Origin: a virus
Lineage: Duplodnaviria; Caudoviricetes
Length of the DNA stretch: 35,792 nt
Virus record (IMG/VR): IMGVR_UViG_3300046779_000236
Location: 1-35,792 of that record
Direction: 5' to 3' (one strand)
Shown: positions 33,810 to 35,792 of the stretch, one piece after another
Position numbering within the stretch: position 1 is the first letter of the stretch
How the letters are laid out: each line of letters opens with the position of its first letter
Position numbers and translations under genes: made by a program
Notes under the pieces: generated by a model
Databases searched by the model: none
Told to the model about the DNA's origin: nothing
Seen by the model: only the letters and a program-made list of their open reading frames with translations

Positions 33810-34416
33810 TTTTTAAACCTTTCAATTTATTTACTGTTTCGTCTACTTCTTGTAAGAAAGCAGACACTTCTTTCTCAAGATTTGCAATGTATTCATCATC
33901 TCGTTCAACACGAACAATGAACAACTGTAAATCTTCAGGAAGCCTTGGGTCAAATGAAACGAAATCACACCACTTGCGACCTGTTACAGCCATTTGCGTT
34001 TGCATTTGAGGAATATATTTACTGGGAGCTTTACCACTAAGCAAAGTATCAATATGAGTCTTAGAATTAGGACACTTAATTTCAATAAGACCGCTATCAC
34101 CAACAAGCCCATCAGGAGAGCAACCCAGATTAGCAATACTAGGGTGGTCAATGAAACCTTCTTCATCCACGAGATTATTTGTTTGCGCTTCATAAGCCAT
34201 CCTTGCTTGAGGTTCTGTTTCTGTTCCCCATTGCATTGCTTCATTTTGATAAAACTCAGCCTGTTGTCCTGTTAATCGTTCTACAACTAGGTCTGATAGA
34301 TAGTTAGCTCTTGATGCGCTAACACCTGTTTTAGTCTTTGCTAATACATCAGCTACTTTGCTGGCAGTTACTTTGCCAAGTCTAGCTTTGAACCATTCTT
34401 CTGTTCTTTGTTCCAT
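33799..34416 (-). CDS. YqaJ / lambda-exonuclease family protein
   Basis: QRTEEWFKARLGKVTAS...MQWGTETEP...SPDGLV...IEIKCP...QMQTQM...WCDFVSFDPR. Confidence 0.93.
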   Translation of the reverse strand: MEQRTEEWFKARLGKVTASKVADVLAKTKTGVSASRANYLSDLVVERLTGQQAEFYQNEAMQWGTETEPQARMAYEAQTNNLVDEEGFIDHPSIANLGCSPDGLVGDSGLIEIKCPNSKTHIDTLLSGKAPSKYIPQMQTQMAVTGRKWCDFVSFDPRLPEDLQLFIVRVERDDEYIANLEKEVSAFLQEVDETVNKLKGLKNGS

Positions 34417-34499
34417 TATCTATCTCCTAACCAAAGGAGTAGTGCTACTAACACTACCCCAGCCAATAAACCCAATATGAGAACAAATGGGACTATCAT
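34416..34499 (-). CDS. small hydrophobic peptide (27 aa)
   Basis: Manual translation MIVPFVLILGLLAGVVLVALLLWLGDR; coupled at both ends. Confidence 0.5.
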   Translation of the reverse strand: MIVPFVLILGLLAGVVLVALLLWLGDR

Positions 34500-34675
34500 T
34501 TTAACTCATTCATCTCTTTTAAAACAAGAGCTAATTTTGTAGAGTATTCGCCACACTTCTTGGCACATTGCTCTGCTGTAGACCACTCACCTTTAAGGCA
34601 GTAGTTGTGTAGCATTTTTACTTCTGCCATTAGGTCAATCCATACTCCAGAGTAGTCTTTATCGTAATCAATCAT
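34496..34675 (-). CDS. small hypothetical protein (59 aa)
   Basis: Manual translation MIDYDKDYSGVWIDLMAEVK...EMNELK; GGAG SD; ATGA overlaps. Confidence 0.6.
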   Translation of the reverse strand: MIDYDKDYSGVWIDLMAEVKMLHNYCLKGEWSTAEQCAKKCGEYSTKLALVLKEMNELK

Positions 34676-34833
34676 TGCTCATTTCTCCATGCTAAGTGTT
34701 TGTAAGTCTGCCATTTTTCCTGAAATCTTTTATCTTCACTAGGTGGAGTCCAGCCTAGTTTCTTCAATGTTTCAACAATATTTGTTTTTGCTGCTGGAAC
34801 ATAGGGTTTATCAATATTATCTAAGTGGTTCAT
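34672..34833 (-). CDS. small hypothetical protein (53 aa)
   Basis: Manual translation MNHLDNIDKPYVPAAKTNIVETLKKLGWTPPSE...; ATGA overlaps. Confidence 0.65.
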   Translation of the reverse strand: MNHLDNIDKPYVPAAKTNIVETLKKLGWTPPSEDKRFQEKWQTYKHLAWRNEQ

Positions 34834-35066
34834 GCTTCCCTCGCTTTCATCATTGCATCTGCTATTTCATAAGACATTTCGGAAAGAATTTGTATGTCTA
34901 AATTCCAATCTAATCCTTGTCCTTCAATTTTTCCTCTATCACAAACTAATCCTTCCATAGCTTTAGCAGCAAAGTAATCTCTTAAATCCATGCCACCATG
35001 AGGAACTGGATTAAGAACATTAGGGTCATCACTATTTAATCTTTCTTGCCAAGGAAATGCTTTCAT
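34830..35066 (-). CDS. conserved phage hypothetical protein (GMxLRDYFAAKAM family)
   Basis: AFP...GMDLRDYFAAKAM...SYEIADAMMKAR motif; AAGGAG SD. Confidence 0.85.
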   Translation of the reverse strand: MKAFPWQERLNSDDPNVLNPVPHGGMDLRDYFAAKAMEGLVCDRGKIEGQGLDWNLDIQILSEMSYEIADAMMKAREA

Positions 35067-35593
35067 GACAACTCCTTCTTCTTCAATTCTTTGGCATCAT
35101 TGATTAACTTCAATGCTTCTTTGTCTTTGCTTGCTACTTTGTAAGCCTGTGCAAATGCTTTCTTTAACTGTTCCATATCTGTGCATAGACCAATTGCTTC
35201 TACCAATGCAGTAGCATCTACTGGCTCTGGGTCATCTTGTGGCAAGTCCTCACCTGCATAGATATATAAACCGATACCATGTAATGCAATAGCTTTGGCT
35301 AGGCATCTTTGCATAGCTGTATTAACTGCAAAAGCATCTGGGTTAGGAATGGCTTTATTGCGGTAATCCATAACAGGCAATTGAGCTGTCATAGACTTAC
35401 CAAAAGCATTGACTGTGCAAAATACCATTACAGTCTCACCAAACAATACTGGCTGACCATAAGACCAAGTAGCCATTGGGTCTTGCTGCAACAACTGGTC
35501 ACAAGCCCAAGCCCATGACAAATAACTAAGACCATTCTTTTTTTCAATCTTGCTAGAAACATCTATCTTTCTTAGTTCTGAATATTTACTCAT
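35063..35593 (-). CDS. sak: Sak / DUF1071 Rad52-like single-strand annealing recombinase
   Basis: IEKKNGLSYLSWAWA...LPVMDYRNK...VNTAMQRCLAKAIALHGIGLYIYAGEDLP. Confidence 0.9.
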   Translation of the reverse strand: MSKYSELRKIDVSSKIEKKNGLSYLSWAWACDQLLQQDPMATWSYGQPVLFGETVMVFCTVNAFGKSMTAQLPVMDYRNKAIPNPDAFAVNTAMQRCLAKAIALHGIGLYIYAGEDLPQDDPEPVDATALVEAIGLCTDMEQLKKAFAQAYKVASKDKEALKLINDAKELKKKELS

Positions 35594-35697
35594 TTACTTC
35601 TCCTTAAAAACCTATTTAAAAAACTGCGCCAACAAAAATATAAAGCTAAAGACTTACACAATCCTGACATCCGTAGTCTGCGGTATTTAGTAATCAT
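35590..35697 (-). CDS. small basic protein (35 aa) spanning the circular join
   Basis: Manual translation MITKYRRLRMSGLCKSLALYFCWRSFLNRFLRRSK; ATGA overlaps with both neighbours. Confidence 0.5.
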   Translation of the reverse strand: MITKYRRLRMSGLCKSLALYFCWRSFLNRFLRRSK

Positions 35698-35792
35698 CTT
35701 TCATCCCAAGGTGTTCTGCTGTCAATTTCATAGTTAGCTCTGTCAATTGCATAACCTTCCATGACTTCTACTGTGTGATTCCAGACCCATCT
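35666..35792. repeat. 127-bp terminal direct repeat, right copy
   Basis: Identical to 1-127. Confidence 0.97.

Noticed and set aside
28501-35518. Shadow ORFs 28501-28752, 29441-29689, 30909-31184, 31906-32088, 32201-32383, 33984-34244, 33994-34275 and 35309-35518
   Set aside because: They overlap better-supported genes in another frame or strand and lack initiation signals.
35666-35792. 127-bp terminal repeat as a biological DTR or att site
   Set aside because: The length equals a common assembler k-mer (127), the repeat cuts through coding sequence, and the PBSX-like TerL suggests headful packaging. It is best read as a circular-assembly overlap.

Overview
The window appears to be a complete, circularly permuted genome of a tailed dsDNA phage. 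Positions 1-127 recur exactly at 35666-35792, giving about 35,665 unique bp, and a small ORF reads across the join. The virion is podovirus-like with a P22-type gene order and no tape measure. The + strand (about 1015-31611) carries a DUF1376/YdaU replication initiator with internal iterons, nin-like accessory genes, a Q-like/sigma-r4 regulator and a tRNA-Thr(TGT). It continues with a late promoter-leader-terminator, pre-terminase accessory genes including an ADP-ribosyltransferase-fold protein, TerS, TerL, portal, scaffold, major capsid, a GT-A glycosyltransferase, tail proteins, ejection proteins, tail fibres, three exported or membrane proteins, holin, endolysin, a SprT-like protease and a metallophosphoesterase. 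The - strand (31608-35697, continuing 1-903) carries Sak, YqaJ exonuclease, an SSB-like protein and many translationally coupled small ORFs. I found no integrase, CI repressor, DNA polymerase or methyltransferase. The main leads are: (1) a shared terminal [G/S/A]LL[G/D] peptide tag on the ejection proteins and on the ART and its neighbour, a possible virion-cargo system; (2) a three-way-junction RNA whose loop can pair with two tandem sites at the replication-initiator RBS; (3) a second structured ncRNA candidate with a loop-E motif; (4) conserved DNA junctions linking cassette-like small genes; (5) two families of dispersed operator-like sites; (6) strong GATC avoidance. All family calls come from motif recognition by eye, with no database search. 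A Gram-negative, possibly freshwater betaproteobacterial, host is only a guess.
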